A stretch of DNA of 64,000 bases, from the NCBI RefSeq assembly GCF_009914755.1, contig NC_060934.1. The stretch is one strand, 5' to 3'. Below are positions 29,189 through 40,790 of this stretch, one piece after another. The translations under genes and the position numbers were made by a program. The stretch is from the human T2T-CHM13v2.0 reference genome, Homo sapiens. Positions within the stretch are counted from its first letter, which is position 1, and each line of letters begins with the position of its first letter. The notes beneath the pieces are model-generated. The model did not search any database. It was not told where the DNA came from and saw only the letters and a list, made by a program, of their open reading frames with translations.

Positions 29189-31094
29189 CCAAATCTAGAT
29201 AAATGAGAAATAGATGAGAGAGAAAGTCCTAGTAATTTTTTTGTCTACACAAACACAGTACAATTTCCATGAGGGTAAGGATTTTTATCAATTTTGTTTT
29301 TGTTTATTACTATGTTTCTAGCACCTAGAATAGTGACTGGCACATTATTGGTACTCAATAAACATTTATCAGAAGGACAGATAAATAAAATAAATTTCTC
29401 ACATCCAGGTGAGTGACTGAGTGCTGGCTTCTTTCAAGACAGGCGGTGACCATGCTCAGGGAAGTGACTTCCAGTTTTGCACATGTTTTCAAGATCAAAA
29501 TACCAACCATCATATAGTCCCCGAAATGAGATGGATTACTTTGGAAGCCTCGCCTGGTGGGGCAAGCACTAGACTGAGTCCTTGACTTGGATGTTTGAAC
29601 ATTTGACCACTTTTCTTTGTGCCCAAGGAGAATGGTCTGCTGACAACCATTCTTTCTCATGTCAGAGCCTTTTAAAACAAAGTTCCACTCCAGAGATCAA
29701 GTATGAAAGGATAGGGAAGAACACTCAGTGATAGATAAGATACTACAAAAGACTGTCAGAATCTTAGCAACAGAGTGAAATAGTGCTTGGGGTACTGTCA
29801 ATGAACACAATCATGAAAGAGCACACCATTTTCTTAACCGGAGCACCGGCCAATCCATGTACAGCTGCACAACATATTTCTCCTCCGAAGATGCCAATTT
29901 CAAAATATCTCTATTGATCTCTATCTAACCCTGAAAACTAACGATCCCAAAGAGAAAAACTGACATTGAATCGCTCGAGAATTTCAAATAATAAAAATAA
30001 AATAAAGGGGTTGTGGCAAGGTCTGGACTTGATGGGTGCGGGTGTCACAATTTTAATCCATTGTGTCTAACATAGCCTATAGAATTATAATTAACGTTTT
30101 TTGTTTGTTTGTTTTAGTTCAGTGGGCATTTTATTTTTGTTTTACTTTGTGGTACTTCTATTTGAAGCCTCCATAGAATCACCGCTTTTTCAATATACTT
30201 GTTAGTGATTAAGGGATGAGGGGTCAGTGAATGAGAAAAATGGATGAATCTCCATCCATAGAATACTGTTTAGACTCAGAGGCATATTTTAGTGCAATAG
30301 GGGTGTGGGTCACTGGAAAAAGGACATAACTTCTACCAGGTGGCATTATAAAAATACAGGGTTATACTATCATTAAAGAAAAGACCCTTCTTTTTTTCTT
30401 TTTGCAAGCTCATATTCTTGCGAGAATGCAAGTTTCCCTTTTGTAATGTCTTTTGCCCCTACAAGATTCCCCTGGATACTTACTTTAATTTGATCCAGCA
30501 CATAGTATGATGGGATTTACCCCAGATTCTACATTTTTCTAGGAATGTCTCTATAAAACTTCAGGCTCTGGGTGGGTCTTACACAGGTACATATATTACA
30601 TAGGGTGTGAAATATCCTTTGAGACTCCTTCTTGCTCCCTCAGGTTACCTGACTTTCCCGTCAGCTCCCCATGCACAGGCCAAGCAGATGATACAGAAGT
30701 TACTGAAGAGAAAGGTACCACAGTCAGATCCACCTAATTCTTATCAAGTTGTAAAGAGGGCAGAATTTGCTTGGCAGCTCTTCCACTGGGGAAATAAAAG
30801 CACCTGGGAAGGGAGAGAAGTGTGGAAGGAGGACATTTGTGGAGCTCCAGACACCTAATGGTTCCCTCAGCACAACTTGCAATGGTATGCGGAGTTGCAA
30901 TTCCTGGCCATTTTTTTTCTCTTGGTGAATTTGGGTGGTTTAAGTATTGGGACTGGAGCCAGTTATCCATCTGGGGTTTGCTGGGCAGCAGGATCTGCTG
31001 ACCTGGACTGGCACGAGCAGCACAGTGAGTGGGTGAGAAGTTGGCAAGGATCACTATATATTTGCTGTAGAGCCAAGGTAGTGTCCATTGATCT

Positions 31095-31596
31095 AGACCA
31101 GGCTGGGTCAATGGAACCAGGAAAAGAGAAGCCACTTGTATACTTATATACTTACAAGTATTCATAACAGAAGGAATTTAGGGCAAGGAATTGGTTACAT
31201 AAGTGATGAAGGAATCAAGAATCAAACAGGGGGTGGTGAGACAACCCAGAGATTAGCAAAGTAGAAATGAACACTAGCTCTACTAGACTGGAGAGACAAA
31301 GAATGGAGGTGGTGTTTTGGGGTGCAAGGGCCAGAGACCACAGAGGATCTGCTCAGTGGGAGCTAAAGCCACAGAGGACACCCTGTTGCTGCCAGTGTGA
31401 TGCCACCTGCAGCTTTCAATCTCCTGCCAACCCTCTCATTTGCTGAACCTGGCCCTGGACCAAGAAGCCTGGAAGCCTGGGCTGACCTGGAAGCCTGGGC
31501 AACAAAACCTGTAGGAGTCAGCTCCTTGTGATAACAGAGCCTAGCAGGGGAAGGATGAGGAATGAGCCCAAGAGTAAAATGCCTGAGACTAGCACT
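31095..31596 (-). mobile_element. Ancient ERVL-class solo LTR (LTR33/LTR79-related)
   Basis: ggaattggttaca...ggtgagacaacccagagattagcaa...gactggagagacaaag motifs. Confidence 0.55.
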
Positions 31597-32379
31597 TGAT
31601 GGCTGAGTGGCAGAGGCCAGCAAGCCGTGGCCCAGTAGAAGTGTGGTGGGATCCCTGGAGGCTGTCATGCAAGGGTGAGGGAAAAGATGCAGTACCACCC
31701 AATAGGCAACTGGACACTCTCAGGCTGGAGTGTGTCAGTCAAGCAAACAATGATCCAACAAGTCCCATGAGACAGCAGCCACACATCCCGCCCAGGCTGT
31801 GGGAGCCACTTGCCAGGACAGTGGCATCACCAGTACCTGAGAGCAGACCAGCTAGAAACCAGTGGCTGGGCTTTGCTGAAGAATACTTTATTCCATCCCG
31901 GTTGATCAAGTTCATTTCCATTCATGCATCCTTACCTGTGGGAGCAGACACCTTCCCTCTTCCCTTCCCCTCCAGCAATAGAAAGGCACAGGCAACCCGA
32001 AGTCCCAGAGGGGGTAAGGGAAAACCTTTGAGAAGAGGGCAGAAACCATAAAACTAGTGTTTTTTGGACAGCAAATAATTATATCAATATCTAATTTGAA
32101 TTGGATATTTATTTGATATTCAAGTATTTTAGACCACGAGTGATTTAAAAATTTTAGGATCAGATCTAATTTAATAGTTTGGATTAAATCAGGTGGGAAA
32201 TGGGAACCTGTGAAAGAAACATAAATGCTTTTATAAAGAAAAGTAAGCATTTTATTCACATAGCTGAGAGTGACTACTCAATCATTCATAGTACACTAAA
32301 TATACAGGACACCCTTAAACCACTAAGGAAAGACAGCTGGAAAATAAGGAATTTCCTCACTGTCAATATTGGCGGGTAA

Positions 32380-32660
32380 GGCCCAGGATGGTGACTTGCA
32401 CCTGTAATTCCAGCTACTCCGAGGCTGAGGCAGAAGGATAGATAACTTGAGGCCAGGAGTTCGAGGCTGCCGTGAGTTATGATTGCACCACCGCACTCCA
32501 GACCTGGGGGTGGAGCCAGCTACAAGGTTGAGCCTGTGGGCGGGGCCAACCACTGGGGGCAGCTGATGAGGGAGGGGCCAATCTCTGGGTTGGGCCTCTG
32601 GGATGAAGTCAGTACCTGGGCAACAGAGCAAGACCCATCTCTGAAAAACAGTAAGTAAAA
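32380..32660 (+). mobile_element. FRAM (free right Alu monomer) interrupted by a foreign ~112-bp insert
   Basis: ggagttcgaggctgccgtgagttatgattgcaccaccgcactccag [insert] cctgggcaacagagcaagacc; degenerate TSD aatattggcgggtaag (32365-32380) / aatactggtaggtaag (32660-32675). Confidence 0.88.
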
Positions 32661-32897
32661 ATACTGGTAGGTAAGACTGGAGAGCAGCATATGCAACAGG
32701 ACAAACACGGACAGCTCTCTTTTCTTCTCTGTCAGTTGAGGAAGATCTCATGAAGGCAATGGATACTGAGGAGTTTTGATGATTAGAAATAATTACGTGG
32801 CAGGCTCGGGGAATGGAAATTCTGGGCAAATGTTTCTCCCTGAAGAAAGATCAAAGACAGTAGTGAGGATGAGTGGGTGAAGGCGGCTTGCAAGAGG

Positions 32898-33456
32898 TGT
32901 GCCGTGTATAACCTCTGGTCTCTCAGCTCCAAGCCCTGCCTTCTGTGCTCTGCTTGGTGATGCTGGAGCCGGGTTCTACAAACCATATTTCACCTTCGCA
33001 AGCTGGGTCTTGTCAGGTGCTGCTCATGGGGGGCGGGCAGAAGAGGAGATTGGAGGGGAAGGTGAAAGGACTTGCTCATTCCTGTTCTGCTTCTTGTTTC
33101 TATCGTTTCTTTTCTATGGCCTTCATCCCAGCTATAGTAGTTGGCTCCAGTTTCCAGAGTTTTGTCCGCACTCTCGAACTGCCCCAGAGGAACCTGCACC
33201 AGCTGGCCATGCCCCACCCATACACAGTGGTCTTGATCTTAGCTCTGTGTACCCCTTTCCCCAAGCTTCTAGGTTCCTGACCACTCCAACATCCTCCCTC
33301 TGTGCCTCTAGCTGCTTCCTGTAGTGAAGATTTATATGATACCTCCTGGGTGTATTTTCAGTCCTCCAAAACCTGTTTACCTAGCTCCTTATTAAACTGT
33401 TACTATTGAAATATCTTGCGTGATTTCTGTTTTCCTGACTGGACACTGACTGATAC
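32898..33456 (+). mobile_element. LTR41-like ERVL solo LTR
   Basis: tgtgcc...tctctcagctccaagccc...gatgctggagc start; ttattaaact...tttctgttttcctgactggacactgactgatac end. Confidence 0.7.
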
Positions 33457-34609
33457 TGTCCTGCAGGAGATAGGAGAAAGGCACAAGGTTTAATTAAGAT
33501 TTAAATGAAGATGAGAGAAGTGAGGTAATAGCCGAGATACCAAGATAAAAACAAAGGTAATACCAAGGTACAACCAAAGTATGATAAGATATGCTTCCAC
33601 TACAGCCCAAAGTTGTGACTGTGTTCCCACAGTGAAAGCGAGGAAGTACTATGGTTGCCTTTAATTGGTGGCAAAACATCCGTACCTCAAATTTCAAAAT
33701 ACGTTACAAACATGCTTCTAAAGCAGGTTTACATTAGGGTGGAGAGGAATAAATCTTTTTGTGTGTCAAGCGCTCTTGTTGGATAACCTTATGCAGAAGT
33801 CAGGCCATTCATAAAAATCTTGAGATTTACTGTTGAGCCTGTCTAATGGAATTCCTGCAGATTGAACCCACAGGGAAAAGTGACACTATTCGGGGTCCCG
33901 ATTTGTCATTAACATAGTCAGAGACCCCCTATGGAACACACTGGAATTCTTCCTAATTATGGGAAATGCCTTAGAAGTGTCCTAGAAGAGAAGACAGCCA
34001 GTAGGGAGGCTATTGCTTGTTGGAGACGATACTGAGCACCAAGGAGTGGTCTATCTTCTCAAGCACCATGGAAACCAGAAAGAGGTGTGGAGATGACTTT
34101 CCACGTGGGTTTAGAAGTGAGAGGTTCTTCAGTGATCTTAGTAAGTGTAGCCTCTGTAAAGCGGGGGTGGCAGAGGCTGGTGTGGACAGACTCTAGGAGT
34201 GAGTCAGGGCAGATTTTTGATGCATCATTTCACTAGTGCTTAGGAGTTGCTAGCAGGCAGGTGCAGAGCTGAGTGGTGTCTGCTAACGCCGACCTCCAGC
34301 ACTCTGGTTGGCACTGATTGCTGTCTGAGCACAGCCTGGTGCATAAACTGGATCTAATAAAGCCTGGGGAATCATATTCTCCTCCACTCAAAATGCGTTT
34401 TCAAATAGACTGCAATAGATTTTGCCCTCAACTCCAGTAGCCCAAACCCAATAGATGATCCAAAAATGGTTAGTATTATTCTCCCTTTCCTACTACAAAA
34501 TTTTAAAAATGCATCCTTTTGTCACAGAGGGAAGACTTTCCCCTCTGTCTCTCCTTTATGGAAGGGAGACGGATTGTGTCAGTTGTGTGTAATCTCACAG
34601 AGGATGGGA

Positions 34610-34850
34610 GGGAGGATGGAGCATGCTGGTCAGTCCCTGGAGCTCTGAGATTGAATAGAGCTTGAGTCCCAGCTGACTCACTTACTTGTTGTGGGCCCAG
34701 AAACTTAACTAACCTGCCTGACCTGCAGCCTCTTCATCTAGATTGTAAAGGAGATGACTGCATCTTTCCCAGTGAGCTGTTATTGGAAATAAATTAACCA
34801 AGTATCTAGTACCCAGCCTGGTACAGAGCAAGTCTACTGGTCAATATGAG
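34610..34850 (+). mobile_element. MIR SINE
   Basis: cttgagtcccagctgactcacttacttg...cctcttcatct... Confidence 0.6.
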
Positions 34851-35201
34851 ATCGTGTTAGTTGGTTTTAGGGGCCTATCTAAAAGTCCTTAGGTTGCATA
34901 ATTCTATCTGACAAAATTCCTTCAGAGAAAAATAACTATTTAAACTCTGTTTCATATGCTCTGGGGAGATTTGCAAAGAATTGGAAGATCTCTTATTTAA
35001 GGACAAACCTGCTGATTACATGTTGGTTTTTGCCTCCTCACATCCTTTCAACATGGTTAGAGCTGTATCTTCCTCTCGATGGATATCTGGGGTTAGAGGA
35101 ATTTAAGAATCTCTGGGGCTAAGGAAAAGAAATAAAGGCAACATCTCAGACTGAAGGCTCAACTGCTCTGTTCCAGACCATATGTAGTGGGACCCTAGAC
35201 T

Positions 35202-35696
35202 GCAAAGAGGTGTAATGCGCATCTGAGATTTTCCACTACAGCAACTCTTCCCCTTTCCTCCTGAAACAGCATTGATTTCTTGGGATTGTTCATTTGCTGG
35301 TTTGCGGTGATCTATCTTCCCTGACTCTCAGCCCCACAGGGTGTAAGAATCCACCCTGGAGTGTTTGTGACCTAAACTGATCCAATCATGGTGGAATTTC
35401 AGGGATTTAGCACATAATTCAGTAATTCTAGGTCAAAATGTTTGTTCTCTTTTGGTGAGTTTGGCCCTGTGATAAGATAAACCTGGAACTTCTGGGGCAC
35501 ATTGTGGAGCCTGGAAATGAATCCAACATAGGAGAAAGCAGAGTCAAGTGGAGATAAATTGGACTCCAAATTAAGTCAAAACCAAACCAGCATTTTGAGT
35601 TTTCAATGACCAGAGACGGTAAGTTCCCCATTACACTTAGGCCAGATCAAGCCTGGATTTTTGTCACTTATAATAGCAAAAATTGTGACTGATACT
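35202..35696 (+). mobile_element. MLT1K/L-like solo LTR
   Basis: gtgacctaaactgatccaatca; ends ggatttttgtcacttataa...tgactgatac. Confidence 0.55.
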
Positions 35697-35822
35697 AGAG
35701 GCAACTCTAGAGAGTATTTGAACAAGTATTTACCAGAAGAGAGAAAATTCTGATTCTCCCTGAGCTGCTACAGAATTTATGATTGAGCACTTTCTTTCAG
35801 ACACTGCTTTGTATGTATCTGC

Positions 35823-36191
35823 TGCCTTAGTCTGTTCAAGCTGCTGTAACAAAATACCATAAACTGGGTGGCTTACCAACTACAGAAATTTATTTCTCAC
35901 AGTTCTTGAGGCTGGTAAGTCCAAGATCAAGGCACCAATAGATTTGATGTCCAATGAGGGTTCACTTGCTGATTCATAGATGACACCTCTGACTGTTTCC
36001 TCATGTGGTGGCAGGAGCTAGCTAGCTCTCTGAGATGAATCTCTTTTATAAGAGTACTAATTCCAATCATAAGAGCTCCACCCTCAAGACCTAATCACCT
36101 CCCAAAGGCCCCCTCTTCTAATACCATCACCTTCGGGATTACCATTTCAACATATAAATTTGGGGGCGACACAACTGTTCAGACCATAGCA
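35823..36191 (-). mobile_element. MLT1A0-like MaLR solo LTR
   Basis: gctgctgtaacaaaataccataaactgggtggctta...aagtccaagatcaaggc...ttcagaccatagca; 5-bp TSD tctgc at 35818-35822 and 36192-36196. Confidence 0.9.
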
Positions 36192-37069
36192 TCTGCCAAA
36201 GAAAATCCCATTGACATCCTCCAACAGAGAAATTTAAAAGAAATCAGAATACTTTCGCTTAAATTCATAAGTGCCTTATGAACAATTTTAAATTCCCTGT
36301 AGGCTAAACTACAATGGTCATTTTTAAGATACATTCAATTAACAATAGTATAGGGTAGGATAATGAAAATCACAATAAAACCTTGTAACTACTGATATCC
36401 TACCAGGGGGTGTCAGAACACAAGAACTTTCAATGAGATGCCATATCTTTGAAGAAGAGAACCCTCCCCCCACTCCAGCGTTGAGCAATGCTTTCTCCTT
36501 CAGGAGCTATGTCTCCAGTGTTTTGTGGGCACCATGTGATGCCACTATGCAACCAAAAACTAGCTTCCTTAGTGGTGGCCCAGATGCTAATTTCTTTGAA
36601 GAGTGAATGAGTCATAATTTGTACCAGAGATGTTGCTGTAATTATAAAACAATGCAAGAGCCAGAACTTTTAATTGTTTTTACTTCAATAATAGACCTTG
36701 GGTTTCTTTGTGGGCTAGAAGCTAAGAAGATCAGCCAGCAGCAGGCTCAAAATCTGATGTCCTTGACTCTTTGTCATTTCCATTTCTGCCCTGAGGGCCA
36801 ACAAGGTAAATTGTCTCTTTGTCTCCAGCTGCAGAGGGGTCTCTGGCAGATTCCTGCTGGGTTCCATGTGAAGCAGCATCGTACTGTTTTTTTCTCCTGA
36901 GCGCTGCATGTAACAGCTGTTCTGTAGAAGGACACAGAGGCCATCCAGTGAAAGAGGTTTAAATGATGCCAGTGGAATCCATCCATCTTCCCTGCAAGCC
37001 CAGCATTCCCAGGAATGTACCTTCTAACACACTTCTACCTGCCTGGTAACAGCATGGTGGGAAAATCCG

Positions 37070-37185
37070 TCTTCCTTTTCCTTCCTTCCTTCCTTCCTTC
37101 CTTCCTTCCTTCCTTCCTCCCTCCCTCCTTCCCTCCCTCCCTTCCTTCTCTCCTTCCCTTCTTCTTTCCTTTTTCTTTCTTTTTT
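37070..37185. repeat. (TTCC)n/(TCCC)n pyrimidine tract
   Basis: Direct reading. Confidence 0.93.
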
Positions 37186-37295
37186 AGCAGAGCCTCTAAA
37201 GGGCTTGGAATTCTTCCTTAAAGACTTCTGGCAGATAAATTAAAGAGATTTCCTTGACTTCTAGTTTCCACCATTGATTTTGTTGTTGCTGTTGC

Positions 37296-37740
37296 TGTAT
37301 CAGCTAGGGCTTTGTAGTTTCAAGCTGCAGATACTGATCCTGGAAAACTTAAGCAAAAAGAAGAATTTATTGAAAAGAAGTAAGATAGCTGACAGAATTG
37401 AAGGAAAAACTAAAGAATCTGGCATGGAAAGAGAACCAGAGTAGATTTAAAAATCAGGTAGCAGCACCTATGAATAATCTTTTTAGGGCTCTGCAACAAT
37501 CATTTTCCTTTTTTGCAATAACTTTGCTGAAAAGTCAAATTCCTGGAGAGAGAGTCTCATGGGACTAGATTGATTCAGCTGTCTCTGGCCCTTCAACTGC
37601 CTGGGGCTTGGCTTTCAGGCACCTTGATTGACAGATCCACCAAATCAGCTCCTAATAGAGGAGGGGGCGTTCCTGCAATGGTTTATCCACAAAAAAAAAA
37701 AAAAAAAAAAAAAAGGGGAAAAATGGCATCAGGATGCTTT
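37296..37740 (-). mobile_element. Old MLT1 (M/N-like) LTR remnant
   Basis: tgtatcagctaggg...aacttaagcaaaaagaagaatttattgaaa...gctgacagaattgaagg. Confidence 0.55.
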
Positions 37741-38204
37741 CTCTATCTGGAATACCCTTCTCCACTGCAGACCCTACTCAGCCTTTCAAATCCAGCTTGG
37801 ACATCACCATGTCCAGGAATTGTTCCCTGAGCCAAACACATACCCTCACCAGCTGCTTAGTTAGGCATCCCACAGCCTCCTTGTTTCCTTCTCTTACTGC
37901 CTTTAAACAATGAAGTGTAATTATCTGAGTGTCTGACTTCCTTGAGGGAAGAAAGAATTTATTATTGAATATTATTCAATCTTCTATTCCTAGCACCTAG
38001 AATGTGCTCATCAGATGCTTCTTGAATGATCAGTTGGAAAGAAAAATGGATAGTAGTGAACAAGTTGGATCCTCCTCCATCCTCCCTCTGGCTGTCCCAG
38101 ACAAAGTGAACATGTTTTCAACCTTATTTTCAACTATTTTGCTAATATGTACCCCAATAAGGTGAGAAAACCTCGAGTGTAGCCTTAATCTAGATGATGT
38201 CTGC

Positions 38205-38600
38205 TTTTAGTCTAGACTATGCCTTTGTGCAAATAGAAGAAGGCATCCACGCTACATGGTCAGATGAGAAATAGGTTCCTCCTTGGGCACCTAATTATAA
38301 GATACCATTTAGATAAAAATTAAATAATACACCAAACTTTATATTGTTAACATGATATATTAATATATTATGTATTTATATATATGTTGCTTATATATAT
38401 GTATATTATATATATCTACATATTTTTTAAAACACATCAAAAGATGCCTGCTCTGGTTGGATGCAACTATGCAGACCTGTGCCAGGGGTATATCTTGGGG
38501 AGCAGAGCATGGACTGTGTTTCATGTCCCTGCACACCTTGGTCAGCATCTCTGTGAAGTGAAGGGACTACCCATGCACACATGGCCTCTCTGCCCTAGAA
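38205..38600 (-). mobile_element. MER91A-like hAT element split by an inserted inverted duplication
   Basis: gcctttgtgcaaatagaagaaggc (38221-38244) resumes as gcctgctctggttggatgca...tgtgccagggg...cttggggagcagagcatggactg (from ~38446). Confidence 0.55.
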
Positions 38601-39162
38601 GAGCCCGGTCTGCAAAGAACAGAACTTGACATAAAGTCAAACTATGCATATCAAATCCATGAGGTACAGTAGGGAGTAAATAGACCCATAGGCATTATCT
38701 AATTGAAGAGTTAGTTCATTTGAAAAGATATTAGCAAGAAATAGAACCAGTTCTTTTCCATTTGTTTTTTTTAATTTTAAAACATCAAAACACAGAAAAG
38801 TACATGTATCTGCATATATGCCATCAACCACCTAGATTTAACAATAACATTTTATTACATTAGGTTCCAATCTTTTTTAAGTTCCCCTACACCAAATCAC
38901 TGCCATCCCTGTCTCTTTCCTTCATCTCCAGATTGTCCTCGAGTGAGGACATGCCTGTCCAGCCCATGTTTGTTTGTGATACATTCACTATGTATTTTTA
39001 TATAAACAACATGTGTCTTTAAAAATATATGATGTAGCTGTATATAACAAATATATAAGCAACATATATCATATATAAATATATAATGTATAAATATATC
39101 ATGTTAACAATATAAAGTTTGGTGTGTTTTTTAAATTTTTATCTAAATGGTATTTTATAATT
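38293..39162. repeat. ~145-bp inverted repeat pair (38293-38437 and 39011-39162)
   Basis: Exact reverse-complement blocks ataccatttagataaaaatt (20 bp) and acaccaaactttatattgttaacatgatatatt (33 bp), plus collinear AT-rich flanks. Confidence 0.93.
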
Positions 39163-40215
39163 CAGATACTTGTATAGTTTGCTGTTTCTATTCTTATATT
39201 ACCTTTCAGAGATCGATCCATACTGGTATATGTAGCTCTATCTCATTTACTTTAACTGCTGTATAGTACTGCATTACATGACTAATTCACAACTTGTCCA
39301 TCTTTTCATTGATAGGCATTTAAATGATTTCCAGTTTTTGCCTTTACAAACAATGATGCAATGAACATATGTTCACCTGTCACTTTGTATACATGTGCAA
39401 GAGACTTTTAGCTTACATACCTAGAAGTAGAATGACTAAATCTTAGGATATATACATCTTCAACTTTGACAGATATTGCCAATGCACTCTCCAGCATAGA
39501 CTCACCAACTTACACTCCCACCAGCAATGTATAAGAATATTTGTTTCCCTGCATCCTTGACAAACTTGGTTTTATCAGATATTATCATTTTTGCCAGCCT
39601 CAGGGGTTTGAAATCATATCACACTATAGTTTTGATTTGGATTTCACTTGATATTAATGAGACTGAGTTGTTTCTTTCTTTTTTCCATGACTGTCCAGTT
39701 CATATTAGTTGTCCATTTTTATTGGATTATCTTTTCCTATTAATTTGTAGGAATTTAAAACATACATCTGTATCAAGAATTTTTGCTATCTGTAGGCATT
39801 ATAAGTATCTTCTTTCAGTCTGCAGCTTATATTTTAACTCTCTATTGTGTCTTTGTTGGCACACAAGTATAATATTTCAATATAAGTCTCTTCCTTTGGA
39901 TGTATGCCTTTTGAGACATAGCTCTGATGTTTTAAAGTGCCCTATGTTTGCAACTCAAAGTTTTAAACTTTCCCTTTCATACTGAGGTCTTAATTCCATC
40001 TGTAATTTACCTGGGTATAGAGTATGACATAGGGATATTTCTTTTTTTCCATAGCTAATTATCCCAGCACTTGAGTAGTTCACTCTTTCTCTGCAGATTT
40101 GTGTTGCCATCTCTGTTATAAACCAAATTTCCATGTATTCATGGGTCTGTTTCTGGAACTTTTCCCTCTCAATTTGTCTCTCCCTATGCAAATACCAAAC
40201 TCTTTAATTACTTTC
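38760..40215 (-). mobile_element. Ancient L1 (L1ME-like) ORF2 end and 3'UTR
   Basis: caacttacactcccaccagcaatgtataaga, atacctagaagtagaatgact, tacaaacaatgatgcaatgaacat. Confidence 0.8.
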
Positions 40216-40594
40216 AGAAGGCAGTTTTTACTGACACCTCACTATTTTCTGGGTGAGATGTGAATACCTCCAGGAAGGGTGATGCTCTAAATCAATGACA
40301 ATGCCATGTGCATACTGTCCTTAGATTCCTTCCAATCTGTCAATCCACTGAGAGGAAATTTTGGTGGAGAAAATCCAAGGGAGATCCAGAGAACACAGGG
40401 CTCCAGGAAAGGGGAAAGGAGAGAGACTCAGAGAGAGGGTCTCTCAAGCAAGAAGCAAAACATAGCACCTCCAATTACTCAAACTTTTTCTAGGCTTTAT
40501 CCTGAACATAGATATATTTGCCCAGAAATAGCATATTTCAATATATAAATGTACCCCACAGCATTCTATAACACTTATCATAAAATCATAACCA

Positions 40595-40790
40595 GACCAT
40601 AGCTAATATTTATTGGCACCTAGGCTAAACATTGATAGTAAATATGACTTTATTAAATCCCATAACGTGGGTAATTTCCCTGAAATATAGATGAGAAAAT
40701 TGAAGCTCAGAGAAGCAGAGTGATTTGCCCAAGGTCACACAGCTAGTTAGTGGCAAAACCCAATCTACCTTCCTTGCTACTATATTCCAC
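40595..40790 (-). mobile_element. MIR SINE
   Basis: agatgagaaaattgaagctcagagaagcagagtgatttgcccaaggtcacacagctagttagtggc. Confidence 0.85.

Larger units (their letters stand above)
26085..29390 (+). mobile_element. Long L2 (L2a-like) remnant, ~3.3 kb span including insertions
   Basis: Pyrimidine-rich L2 ORF2 motifs (ggccacactttagacctagtccttacc, cactcctcctctttgaaacactttcttcccttggc) and L2a 3' end (ctagcacctagaatagtgactggcacat...ctcaataaacattt). Confidence 0.8.

Noticed and set aside
32380-32660. 7SL RNA pseudogene
   Set aside because: Length is 7SL-like, but the central part is not the SRP S-domain and lies at the wrong position; it is a FRAM plus a foreign insert
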